Source of the DNA: Eledone cirrhosa
Lineage: Eukaryota
Assembly: GCA_964016885.1 (NCBI GenBank)
Contig: OZ024746.1
Coordinates: forward strand, 95,976,001-96,040,000
Direction of reading: 5' to 3'
DNA: 64,000 nt
A program made the position numbers and the translations under genes. The stretch's first letter is position 1. Each line of letters begins with the position of its first letter. The notes below the pieces were generated by a model that had not been told where the DNA came from, did no database searches, and saw only the letters and a program-made list of their open reading frames with translations. Below, one piece after another: positions 53,053-64,000 of the stretch.

Positions 53053-53115
53053 CAATAATGTTTTGAACAGTTCTTTGATTCTTATATTTCATATGTATAT
53101 ATATATGTATATATG

Positions 53116-53148
<33 letters not shown>

Positions 53149-53769
53149 GTATATATATATGTATATATATATATATGTATATATATATGTATATATATAT
53201 ATTGTTATATTTGGGGAGGGTCATATTTGCGTAATATTGCCAGAATTAATAACAGAACACACTCACTGTTTGGTTGGTTTTCGCTTCTCGCTGTCTTTTA
53301 TATATATATATCTGCGATCTAACTTACTCGGTCCTCAATGTTGCCATTGACTGACCGGCGGTCAAAAATAATACAGATACAATATAGACAAACACATATA
53401 TATATAGTTTACATAAATCTTTCGTTGCACATCTGCAACATCGTCAGTGGTGTTATATTCATTGTTCCTCCTGTTGTGTTGTATGTCTACGCCATTTTTT
53501 TTTGTTCAGTCCGTCTATATATTTATTTATTTATTTGCTTGTTTGTTTATCTTATTTTATTTTGTCTTCTTTGCGCATGCGTTTGCGTGTGTGATGTGTG
53601 ACTAGTGTGTATAGTGTTGTGTCTGCTGGGTGACTAGTGTGTGTTTATGTGCTTGTGTATGTATTTATTTATCTTATTTTATTTAATTTAATTTACTTAT
53701 TTATTTATACTTCTCTTAGGTCAGTGTTGTTTGTTTGGGTGTTGTTGTTGTTCCACTCATTCTTTCTGT

Positions 53770-53870
53770 TTATATATATATATATATGTATATATATATG
53801 TATATATATATGTATATATATATATATGTATATATATATGTATATATATATATATGTGTATATATATATG

Positions 53871-53903
<33 letters not shown>

Positions 53904-55162
53904 GTATATATATATGTATGTATATATATATATGTATATATATATGTATATATGTATGTATATATGTATATATATATGTATATATCTATATATGTATATA
54001 TCTATATATGTATGTATATATATTTGTATATATCTATATATGTATGTATATATATATGTATATATCTATATATGTATGTATCTATATATGTATGTATATA
54101 TATATGTATGTATCTATATATGTATGTATATATATATGTATATATCTATATATGTATGTATATATATATGTATATATCTATATATGTATGTATATATATA
54201 TGTATATATCTATATATGTATGTATATATATATGTATATATCTATATATGTATGTATATATATATGTATATATCTATATATGTATGTATATATATATGTA
54301 TATATCTATATATGTATGTATATATATATGTATATATCTATATATGTATGTATATATATATGTATATATCTATATATGTATGTATATATATATGTATATA
54401 TCTATATATGTATGTATATATATATGTATGTATATATCTATATATGTATGTATATATATATGTATGTATATATATATATGTATGTATATATATATGTATG
54501 TATATATATATGTATGTATATATATATGTATATATCTATATATGTATGTATATATATATGTATATATCTATATATGTATGTATATATATATGTATATATC
54601 TATATATGTATGTATATATATATGTATATATCTATATATGTATGTATATATATATGTATGTATATATATATGTATATATCTATATATGTATGTATATATA
54701 TATGTATATATCTATATATGTATATATCTATATATGTATGTATATATATATGTATATATCTATATATGTATGTATATATATATGTATGTATATATATATG
54801 TATATATCTATATATGTATGTATATATATATGTATATATCTATATATGTATGTATATATATATGTATATATCTATATATGTATGTATATATATATGTATA
54901 TATCTATATATGTATGTATATATATATGTATATATCTATATATGTATGTATATATATATGTATATATCTATATGTATGTATGTATATATGTATGTATATA
55001 TATATGTATATATCTATATATGTATGTATGTATGTATATATGTATGTATATATATATGTATATATCTATATATGTATGTATGTATATATATATGTATGTA
55101 TATATATATGTATGTATATATATATGTATGTATATATATATGTATGTATATATATATGTATG

Positions 55163-55223
<61 letters not shown>

Positions 55224-55346
55224 GTATATATATGTATGTATCTATATATGTATATATCTATATATGTATATATCTATATATGTATATATCTATATATGTA
55301 TATATCTATATATGTATATATCTATATATGTATATATCTATATATA
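53770..55346. repeat. (TA)n-derived array with TATC/TATG higher-order unit
   Basis: Seen directly. The same unit type resumes at 56340-56500. Confidence 0.98.
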
Positions 55347-55764
55347 CCTTAACAACAAAGACCAATCATTCACTGTATCTAAATGCAATGATAATCGATG
55401 CGGCACATGTCAATCCATACACGCCGGTCAATATATGAAAACAAAAACTGGAAAAATATTCACAAATGCAAATATGAACTGCAAAAGCAGAAATCTAATT
55501 TACTGCATTAAATGCCCGAATTGTGAAGAACTATATGTCGGTCAAACTGGAAATGCACTATCGGAACGTGCACGGGTACACCGTCAACAAATCAGAGACC
55601 CAAATGTCCGTCAGATACCCCTAAGCGGCCACCTGGCAACATGTGGTCAGGGAATATTTATAATATTCCCATTCTACAAATTACACAGCCCAAATGAAAT
55701 CAAGAGAAAAATCAAAGAAAAGAATTTTATTGATAAATTCAAACCCAAGCTAAATGAACAATAA
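55347..55764 (+). pseudogene. 5'-truncated PLE (Neptune-like): Cys linker plus GIY-YIG endonuclease
   Basis: [10 protein letters not shown]...[24 protein letters not shown]...R..HR...H...R.IKE..FI.KFKPKLN. The upstream 'ORF' is microsatellite. Confidence 0.88.
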
Positions 55765-55964
55765 TAACGCCTAGGGGTATTACTTCTACTACCACTATGA
55801 CCACGACCACTAACAACAACAACAACAACAATAATAATGATAATAAAAGTGATGTTGATGGTGATGATTAATAGAAAATGCTATTTTCATCATTTCAAAA
55901 AAGCAAAACAATTGATACGTTGGATATGACTATTGGTCGTTAGCATGCTCAACCAGCCGTGACG

Positions 55965-56110
55965 CTTAAACCAATCAGCTGTAGTAATTCAGTGAAACTA
56001 CACACTGATTGGTCGAAATACAGTTTACAGGGCTTTGCATTCTGGAGCCACTTTTCTCTGTATAAAATGTATAAAAGGTAGGAAATTTACCCATCTCATT
56101 ACAGTTGAAA
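55965..56110 (+). promoter_or_regulatory. Candidate Pol II promoter in the pLTR
   Basis: CCAAT at 55971, ATTGG at 56008, TATAAAA at 56061 and 56070, all upstream of the HHR. Confidence 0.45.
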
Positions 56111-56139
56111 ATTGCAAACTCGACTGTCACCACATATCA

Positions 56140-56178
56140 TGAACCTGAAGATTGCGAAAGCATGAAAGTACTTGTTCA
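56140..56178 (+). ncRNA. Minimal type I HHR of the PLE pLTR
   Basis: TGAAC-CTGAAGA-tTGC(gaaa)GCAt-GAAA-GTAC-TT-GTTCA. Confidence 0.9.
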
Positions 56179-56899
56179 ATTAACACTTAGAATTTAATAT
56201 TCTATCATACTATTTCATTATAATACCATTATATATATTTTAAAGGATTGTAAATAAAACGAGTAAATCAGACAAAGTTGGAATTCCTCTTATTAATATA
56301 ATCTTCTATACACAATCATACACACCCGTGTATATTTACCTATCTATATCTATATATGTATATATGTATATATGTATATATCTATATATGTATATATCTA
56401 TATATGTATATATGTATATATCTATATATGTATATATCTATATATGTATATATCTATATATGTATATATCTATATATGTATATATCTATATATGTACATA
56501 TATATGTATATATGTATATATATATATGTATATATCAGTAATAATATAAACAGTAATTCTCTTCTCGAATGGGCCATGGTGCCCAAATCCTGAATTAAAA
56601 GACTTCGCCAGGTGGTGCTATTAAGTTAGACATGGCCTGGGCCAATACTGGCCAAAACATTTCAAAGTTATATCTATATATGTATGTGTATATATATATC
56701 TATATATGTATGTGTGTGTGTAAATATATGTATGTATTTATATATATATGTATGTATTTATATATATATGTATGTATGTATGTATATGTATATATATATG
56801 TATGTGTATATATATATGTATATATATATGTATGTATATATATATATGTATATATGTATGTGTATATATATATGTATATATATATGTATGTTTGCCATA

Positions 56900-58225
56900 T
56901 ACTTTGCAATGGTTTTCTGTATTGCATTCAGGAATTGCGAGCATGGTGTTTACATCCGATATCGAACCTCAGGCAGCATATTTAACATCAGGCGCTTTGC
57001 TGCGAAGACAAAAGTATTTACATCAGTCATAAGAGACCTCTTGTATGCAGATGATTGCGATCTTGTAGCGCACACAGAGAGTGATATGCAGCACATTTTG
57101 AATGTATTTTCTGACGCTTGCACTGCCCTGGGTTTGACTGTCAGTCTCAAGAAAACCGTCGTCATGTACCAACCTGCACCTGGTAGGCAGTACACTGAGC
57201 CAAACATCTATGTGTATGGCAAACGACTTGGAGTGGTTGATCAGTTTGTCTACCTGGGAAGCACTGTCAATCGATACGGCAACCTTGACAGTGAAATCTC
57301 ACTTAGGATTAGGAAAGCAAGTGATGCTTTCGGAAAGCTAGAAAGGCGACTCTGGGGTCGGCGAGACATATGCAGGAGGACAAAGGTAAAGGTGTACAGG
57401 GCATGTGTACTCTCTTGTCTTCTTTATGCCTGCGAGACCTGGGTCACATATCGACGCCACCTTAAGCAATTGGAGCGTTTCCATCAGATGTGTCTCAGAC
57501 GGATACATGGCGTTCGCTGGAGGGACCACATCAGTGATGTCGAGATTTTGGAAAGCTCTATGTGTGACAGTATAGAAGCTCTTGTGCTTAAGCAGCGACT
57601 CCGTTGGAGTGGTCACCTTGCCAGGATGAAGGATTCTAGAATACCAAAACAACTCTTCTATGGAGAGTTGGTTAAAGGAAAACGACCGCCACATAAACCA
57701 AAAAAGAGGTATAAGGATTTCTTGAAGGCCTCTCTGAAAGACGCTAACATCTCTGCTGATACATGGGAAAATATTGCTGCTGATCGTAATAAATGGAGAA
57801 AGACTGTATATGAGGGAAAAGTTGCCTTTGAGGCATCTCGAATCGCACACGAGAAAGTAAAGCGGGACGTGAGGAAGGGTATTGCTGTTGCACTTCCAGA
57901 CGGCGAGGGTCCTCCTATGTTTCTGACATGCAGCGTCTGTGCGAGACTCTGCCTAAGCAAAGCTGGACTCGAAAGTCATCTTCGCAGTCATAAAGTAAGA
58001 CCAGTGGTTGACTACCAGGCTGCTGTTGGAGATGCTACTCATCATGCTTGCCAAACATGTGGTAGAGAATGTAAATCAGCAGGAGGACTCAAGCGACATG
58101 CAAAAGTACACGAACTCCAACCACAGCCGACTATTCCCAGTAAATGTTTTGGTTGCCGACTCTGTGCAAGACATTTTGGATCATTGGCTGGGCTAAAAAG
58201 CCACATTCGATCGCAGCACTGTTAG
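56900..58225 (+). CDS. 5'-truncated BovB-like RTE LINE ORF (RT C-terminal half plus three C2H2 zinc fingers)
   Basis: [40 protein letters not shown]...[11 protein letters not shown], then three CxxC...HxxxH motifs. Confidence 0.9.
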   Translation, partial: YFAMVFCIAFRNCEHGVYIRYRTSGSIFNIRRFAAKTKVFTSVIRDLLYADDCDLVAHTESDMQHILNVFSDACTALGLTVSLKKTVVMYQPAPGRQYTEPNIYVYGKRLGVVDQFVYLGSTVNRYGNLDSEISLRIRKASDAFGKLERRLWGRRDICRRTKVKVYRACVLSCLLYACETWVTYRRHLKQLERFHQMCLRRIHGVRWRDHISDVEILESSMCDSIEALVLKQRLRWSGHLARMKDSRIPKQLFYGELVKGKRPPHKPKKRYKDFLKASLKDANISADTWENIAADRNKWRKTVYEGKVAFEASRIAHEKVKRDVRKGIAVALPDGEGPPMFLTCSVCARLCLSKAGLESHLRSHKVRPVVDYQAAVGDATHHACQTCGRECKSAGGLKRHAKVHELQPQPTIPSKCFGCRLCARHFGSLAGLKSHIRSQHC

Positions 58226-58233
58226 TTGCTATC

Positions 58234-58273
<40 letters not shown>

Positions 58274-58592
58274 GCTTATGTGCGTGCGTGTGTGTGTATA
58301 TATATATGAATATGTATATTATTATTGTTGTTGTCGTTATTATTATTATTGCTATTATTATTATTATTATTATTATTATTGAATGCCATGGTTGACGGAG
58401 GCTCGGCTCTGTAAGGTATAGTAATTTTTAACCGTTAAAACAATTGTAAATTGTTTAAAACTTGAACCAAATTGTTGATAAAGACACCCTCCTCCTCGTG
58501 AGAGGGGTCTTTCTGTCCGTTATTTGGCCCTTCGGGGTTAAATAACCAGTTATTGGGGTTTTGTACCCAAAATTTCATTTTAAACAAAAAAA

Positions 58593-60693
58593 CATGGCTA
58601 CCAAAAAAAAAAAATTTCATACGTCACTCCCACTCATTCCGTCTTCTTCTTCCTCAATCATCACTACAGCAGAGAGAAGATTGTCTCTCTCCCTCCCTTC
58701 TTTAAATGTGTCTCTCTCCCTCCCTTCTCTTTCGCAAGCGACGAAAGAAAAGAAAAGTCTCGTGCAAAGCGTGCAAGGTTTCTCCACGACGACGACGACA
58801 GCGACGAAACAGGTGTGCGGGAAATACGAAAACCCAGTTCATTCGTCTGACGTCAGGAATAATAGCAGTAGCAGCCGTAATAACAACAGCAACAGTGACA
58901 ATGAAAACAACAGTAGCAGCCGCAACAGCATCACCAGCAGCATAAACAACAACAGCATTAGCAGCAGCAACACCAACAACAACCACAGCAACAGCGGCGG
59001 AGGCAGTAGTCGTAGTACCTGCAGCAACAACAAAAGTACCAGCAGCTCTGACGACAACAACAACAGCAGAGAAAAACCAATCTCATTTGCAGGTATTGCG
59101 AAAAACCTGGAAACAATCCTCATAACAAATGAGGAATTAGAGGAAGCGAAGAAGATGGTGACAAAGAACGGACACCGAGCAATCTGCAAGGCAGCGAAAA
59201 ATTTTTTCGAAACCCAAGAGCACTGTACGGTCACGTACCGTACAGTAAGTACAAAATCCCGTAGGGTGGAAAGAGCCACAGAGGCCCAAATACAAAAAGC
59301 CTTGGGGTCTGTGTGGCAGAGGAAAACGCACATCACCCGAGGCAAAAAATACGCCACCGTAGACGTACTTTTTGCCACACCCCAGGAGGCAAAGGCCCAA
59401 TCAGTAGTGACCCTAAGGAGCGAGGAAATGGTGTTGGTGCCCTCCTACTGCGGGCAAAAAATTGTGAGGGTCAAACTGACCCACGTCCCCCCCGGAATGA
59501 CCCCTTCTTGGCTGGCCGCGTCTGTCCTCGTCGGAATCGAGGACAAAACAACTGTACTGCAAGTACAGAAAAAAGTAAGAGAAGATTGGGTCGGCTCCTC
59601 CATTGAGATGCTAATCCAAACCAACCAGGAGTGCATCGAAGCTATCCCGGATGTGATAGACTTCGATAACGGCACTCAACTGCCCATAAGTGTTGAGGGC
59701 AAACGCCCGAAATGCTTTCGCTGTGGATCGAAGACTCACCTCAGGGCCTTCTGCAACGAGAAGACCCTGAGAAAGGAGAAAACCCCCCTCCTCCCGAATC
59801 CGGTTCCACGGCTACCAGCAACAGGACAAGCGGCAACCAGGAACGATAGGTCCGTGGCACCCATACCCACTCCACGGAAATCAAAGACAGCAGCAGCAGT
59901 GGAAATATTAACAACAACAACAGCAATACCAAATGCAGCTGCAACAGAGACTCCAGTGCAAACATCACCAACAACAACAAGTGAAAGAGTGGAGCTGGTA
60001 CCCCTCCCCGACCTTACAGAATCAGACATGGAGTGTGAGGTGGGAGAGGGATGGCAAAAGGTCTCAAGAAGGCACAAACGCAGAAGCAGCGCATCGTCGC
60101 CTTTGAAAAGGGAGGAAAGAAATGAGAAAAGGGTAAAGTCTACTGCAAAGAGACCCACAGCAGCAACACCACCAACACCATCACCACCCACACCAGCACC
60201 ACCATCACCACCGGCGACAACCCCACCGCCAACAACACCTTCAACACCACCACCACAAGCACCAACATCGCAAACACAACAACAAAACACACACACCCAG
60301 CAACAACGACAAGAAAATAGCAGAACCACACCCCACCCCCAGAAAAACAAATGCACGGCAATAAACACACACAACAAGAAACTAATGACTTACATAATTG
60401 AACACACAGACATTTCACAACAGGACTACATAATACCAGCACCAATCAAAACGCCAACTAACATAAGACTGCTAAAAATAGCACAGAAACAATACACAAA
60501 CATTAAAACGAAATTCCCCAACGCAGTTGGTGATTTCAGGGACCTAGGAGGAACCATTAATCGAAGAGTATATTCAGACATTCTCTTAGAAGAGCCGACG
60601 ACCAGCCGAAGGGACGATTCAACGGTCCCTTCACCAGACGATCAAGTAAAAAGGGATGTAAAAACCATCCCTCCTCTACCAAAAATACGGTAA
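58593..60693 (+). CDS. L1/Tx1 LINE ORF1 (gag-like, CCHC zinc knuckle)
   Basis: AACATGG start, SFA motif, CFRCGSKTHLRAFC, WQKVSRR, Ser/Asn- and Pro-rich tracts. Lies directly upstream of ORF2. Confidence 0.85.
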
Positions 60694-60728
60694 GTGGTCT
60701 TTCCCATCTTTTCCACTCTATTTTAAAC

Positions 60729-63700
60729 ATGACCTCACTCAGAATAGGCAGCATAAATGCGCGTGGCTTGGGGTCGTCATGGAAGCAGGGTCACCTGCTC
60801 AACGACCTCAGGTCACTAAACATAGATGTAGTGGCCATCAGCGAGACCAGAATCTCCGAAGCACGGGCCTTCGCACCGATCTTCGGCGGCTACGATGTGT
60901 ACGCATCTCCCAGCCGTCCTGGATCGGGTGGAGGAGTTGCTGTGCTTTTTCGGAGAGGTTTGGATCTCGCCATACGGGCCATCTTCCTGGACCCAGAGGG
61001 TAAGCTGGTGGTGCTGGACGTGACCAGCGGAGACGGGCAAGCTTTCAGGCTAGTGGCCGTCTATGCCCCGACAGGAGCAGGGCGGCCTGATTTCTTCCGG
61101 CGTCTGGAGACCTTTCTTGGAACGTCGCGCTCTTTAGTGTTAGTGGGCGACTGGAACGGGATCTTAGATGCACGCTGGGACTGTGTGGGATTAGCGGATA
61201 GGGGTGGAGGGTGCAAGAGCCTCACCAACCTGCTCAGGCGTTTTGAACTGTCTGACAGGTACCGATTGGATTTCCCGAATGTGCCAATGTGGACTTGGAC
61301 AAACCGCATAGGGTCATCCAGATCATATCTAGATAGAGTATTTTGTAGGGAAATAGATAGGTCTAGCATAGGCTGTCCACAATTCAAGATAGTCAGCTAC
61401 ACGGACCACAAATTCGTGATCTGTGTGCTTGACTTAGATAGGCTTCATAGACGAGGACCCGGCTACTGGAAGCTAAACGCGTCCTTACCAGCGCGCAAGG
61501 CCTACAGAGACCGGATTAGCGAACTAGTTAAGCGGGCGTTGACGGGGGCCATCGTCAACAACAAGTGGTGGTTTGCTCTGAAAAGAGCGATTAGAATAGA
61601 ATCCATTAGGTTTAGTAAGGCTTTAGCAATAGAGAAAAATAGAGCAGAGGGAGAACTAGTTAGAAAATTAGACGAGGCGCTTAGCAAAGGCATTGCGACC
61701 GACGTGCTTGCGGCGAAATTGGCCCTTGACCAATTCTTCAATGCAAAGCACGAAGGCTGCGTTGTCAGAGCTAGGGTGCGTGCTCTCAGACACGAGGGGA
61801 CGAAAGCCGTTCAATGGGCCCGAGTGGCGGAGGCGCGTCGTGGCAACAAAGCCACGATCCGGTCTTTGGTGGACCACGACGGGCGCATGCTACTCGATCC
61901 CGGGCAAATGTGTGAAGCTTTTCAGCGACACTTCGCTCAGCTGTTCGGGGGCAGCGGGGGGCCGGGTAGAGGGATGGACTTTAGTGTCTACCTCGACGGA
62001 CTGCCGCGGCTCTCGGCCACTGAGGCGAAGTGTTGCGAAAAGCCGATAACAGCCGCTGAAGTAAGGGAGGCAATGACTGGCTGCACAAGGGGTAAATCGC
62101 CTGGTTTGGATGGTCTGCCCTATGAACTTTACGTACAGATGCCAGACTTGTTCGGAGGCCTCTTGGCGGACGTCTACTGCAACTGGCAACAGAACGGGAG
62201 AATTCCCAGTTCTGTGAGCCGAGGAGCGGTGGCACTGCTGAGAAAGGATCCGAACAAGGGGGATAACATAGACAATTTCCGGCCCATAACTCTGCTAAAC
62301 ACAGAGTTTAAGATTTTGGCCAAGGTGCTAGCAAAGAGGTTGGCGCTTGTCGTTGGTGGTCTGGTGGGAGAGGCGCAGACATGCGCCATTCCCGACAGAT
62401 CCATCCACGACAACCTCCACCTCATGCGATACATCGTAGAGAGGGTAGCTAGGGAACCTGGCACGGGTGGGTCCTTGATCAATTTAGATCAGTCGAAAGC
62501 TTTCGATAGGGTCGACCATCGTTACCTAGCGGCAGTCCTGAGGGCGGCTGGCTTTGGGCCCGTCTTCAGAGGCTGGATCGCTGCCATGCACAGCGACATC
62601 TGCTCTGTGGTGAGAGTGAACGGTCACCTGTCGGAACCGTTCAACATCATGCGCTCGGTCCGCCAAGGATGTCCCCTCTCGTCCCTCTTGTACGTATTGA
62701 CTCTCGAGCCATTACTGCACAAACTGGAGACGTTGAGGGGAGTCCCGCGCGAACTAGGATGCGGAAGATCCGTGTCAGCATATGCGGACGATGTCACCGT
62801 AGTGGTGTCGAACGCCAAACACATCGAGGCGATCGGCACTACACTAAGAGAATACGAAGCGGTGACAGGAGCAATGATCAACCAGGAAAAGTCAGTGGGC
62901 CTGCAGCTCGGCACCTGGAGAGGCAGGTCCATGCCGTCCAACAGCGTCGTCGGGCGCTGGACGGACGGACCGGTTAAATTGCTAGGGGTCTGGTTCGGTC
63001 CGGACCTCCAGACGGACAAAAACTGGGACGAGGTGACGAGCAGGGTGGCTTCTCTCACCCAGAAATGGGCGGAGAGGAAGCTATCCCTGAAAGGTCGAGC
63101 GGAGGTGGCTAACGCGTACATCGCGTCTGTCATCTGCTACCGCCTAACCGTCGTACCTTGTCCTAAGCCTCGCCTGACTGCGCTGGAGCGTTTGCTCTTT
63201 CGCTTTTTGTGGAAGGGACGTGCTCCGATGGTCAGGCGGTCCATCTGTTGTCAACACCCGCTACGTGGAGGGCTGGGCATGCCGTGGCTGATGATGCGCA
63301 GGCACGCGCTCAGGCTACGACATCTCCACCTCTTCCTCGACGGTGATCAGGTGTGGTCGCCGTTTGCTAGACGCGTTTTTCCCCAGCTCGTTTCCTTGAC
63401 GGAGCTGCAGTCCTGGGTCAAGCGAAGACCGAGAGGGAGCGCCTGGAGACTGGAATGTCTTCAGGCGCTCACAGCCCTCGACCAATCGGGCAATGTGATC
63501 GGTGGAAACTCCACCTCGGCGTTCTATAGAGGATTAGTGGAGGGGAAGAGCGACGACGTACTTGGGGAAACTCTAGGCGTCGACGAAAATCAACTAGCCA
63601 ATCTCTTCGGAAGAACCTTCGGGCCAGGGCCTATGGACAACTTCCAGAAATCTCTGGCCTGGCAGTGCTACCGAGGAGCCTTGCCAGTTCGGGATAAACT

Positions 63701-64000
63701 CTACAGGCATGGAGGTGCCGTCAGCCGGGCATGTCCGAGATGCGCGCAGGGCGACGAAACCGTCCTGCACGCACTCGTCCAGTGTCCGAAAATTGCTGAC
63801 TTGTGGGTTTATGTCGAACACCTGCTGTCGCGTTTAGGACGGATCCAGCTATCATCTGAGTCTATCGTGAGGATTGCCCCGCCCTCCTCCTTTAGCCGGG
63901 AAGGGCAGGCAGTTTTTATCTGTCTGGTGGCCATGGCGAAAGAGATAGTATGGTGGACACGTTTGAAAGGGCTGAAGACGAGCACTTACCTCTTCGGTGA
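60729..64000 (+). CDS. L1/Tx1 LINE ORF2 (APE endonuclease, RT, Cys/His motif), runs off the window
   Basis: MTSLRIGSINARGL, VYAP, GDWN, LDR, TDH, YWKLN, KSPGLDG, NFRPITLLN, DQSKAFDRV, VRQGCPLS, AYADD, CPRC..ETVLH..C. The frame at 60729 matches the frame at 64000. Confidence 0.93.
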   Translation, partial: MTSLRIGSINARGLGSSWKQGHLLNDLRSLNIDVVAISETRISEARAFAPIFGGYDVYASPSRPGSGGGVAVLFRRGLDLAIRAIFLDPEGKLVVLDVTSGDGQAFRLVAVYAPTGAGRPDFFRRLETFLGTSRSLVLVGDWNGILDARWDCVGLADRGGGCKSLTNLLRRFELSDRYRLDFPNVPMWTWTNRIGSSRSYLDRVFCREIDRSSIGCPQFKIVSYTDHKFVICVLDLDRLHRRGPGYWKLNASLPARKAYRDRISELVKRALTGAIVNNKWWFALKRAIRIESIRFSKALAIEKNRAEGELVRKLDEALSKGIATDVLAAKLALDQFFNAKHEGCVVRARVRALRHEGTKAVQWARVAEARRGNKATIRSLVDHDGRMLLDPGQMCEAFQRHFAQLFGGSGGPGRGMDFSVYLDGLPRLSATEAKCCEKPITAAEVREAMTGCTRGKSPGLDGLPYELYVQMPDLFGGLLADVYCNWQQNGRIPSSVSRGAVALLRKDPNKGDNIDNFRPITLLNTEFKILAKVLAKRLALVVGGLVGEAQTCAIPDRSIHDNLHLMRYIVERVAREPGTGGSLINLDQSKAFDRVDHRYLAAVLRAAGFGPVFRGWIAAMHSDICSVVRVNGHLSEPFNIMRSVRQGCPLSSLLYVLTLEPLLHKLETLRGVPRELGCGRSVSAYADDVTVVVSNAKHIEAIGTTLREYEAVTGAMINQEKSVGLQLGTWRGRSMPSNSVVGRWTDGPVKLLGVWFGPDLQTDKNWDEVTSRVASLTQKWAERKLSLKGRAEVANAYIASVICYRLTVVPCPKPRLTALERLLFRFLWKGRAPMVRRSICCQHPLRGGLGMPWLMMRRHALRLRHLHLFLDGDQVWSPFARRVFPQLVSLTELQSWVKRRPRGSAWRLECLQALTALDQSGNVIGGNSTSAFYRGLVEGKSDDVLGETLGVDENQLANLFGRTFGPGPMDNFQKSLAWQCYRGALPVRDKLYRHGGAVSRACPRCAQGDETVLHALVQCPKIADLWVYVEHLLSRLGRIQLSSESIVRIAPPSSFSREGQAVFICLVAMAKEIVWWTRLKGLKTSTYLFG

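Larger units (their letters stand above)
48591..53094 (-). mobile_element. Naiad-type Penelope-like element with inverted terminal arms
   Basis: RT-GIY-YIG ORF. Arms 48753-49675 and 52360-53094 are near-identical and inverted, each with an HHR. (TA)n lies on both sides. Confidence 0.88.

Overview
This is AT-rich eukaryotic non-genic or intronic DNA, probably from a cephalopod such as octopus (inferred from the repeat content). It is almost entirely mobile elements and simple repeats, with very long (TA)n-derived arrays and a 200-N gap. Coding elements: a Naiad-type Penelope-like element (PLE; RT plus GIY-YIG) with ~735-bp inverted arms, other PLE fragments, two head-to-head RTE LINE copies with a PHD finger inside the RT, a BovB-like RTE 3' part with C2H2 fingers, and an apparently intact L1/Tx1 LINE running off the right edge. 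Non-coding elements: two SINE families, hAT, mariner and TTAA MITEs, and two Helitrons. One short host exon is possible. The main signal is about ten complete or near-complete type I hammerhead ribozymes (HHRs), plus several half-motifs, read by eye on both strands and nearly all next to (TA)n arrays. Many sit at the centre of long DNA palindromes. One non-coding family shows covarying hairpins, and two dissimilar HHRs share an octamer-33/34 bp-GTATATA upstream module. Most ORFs in the supplied track are microsatellite artefacts. All alignments and folds were done manually.
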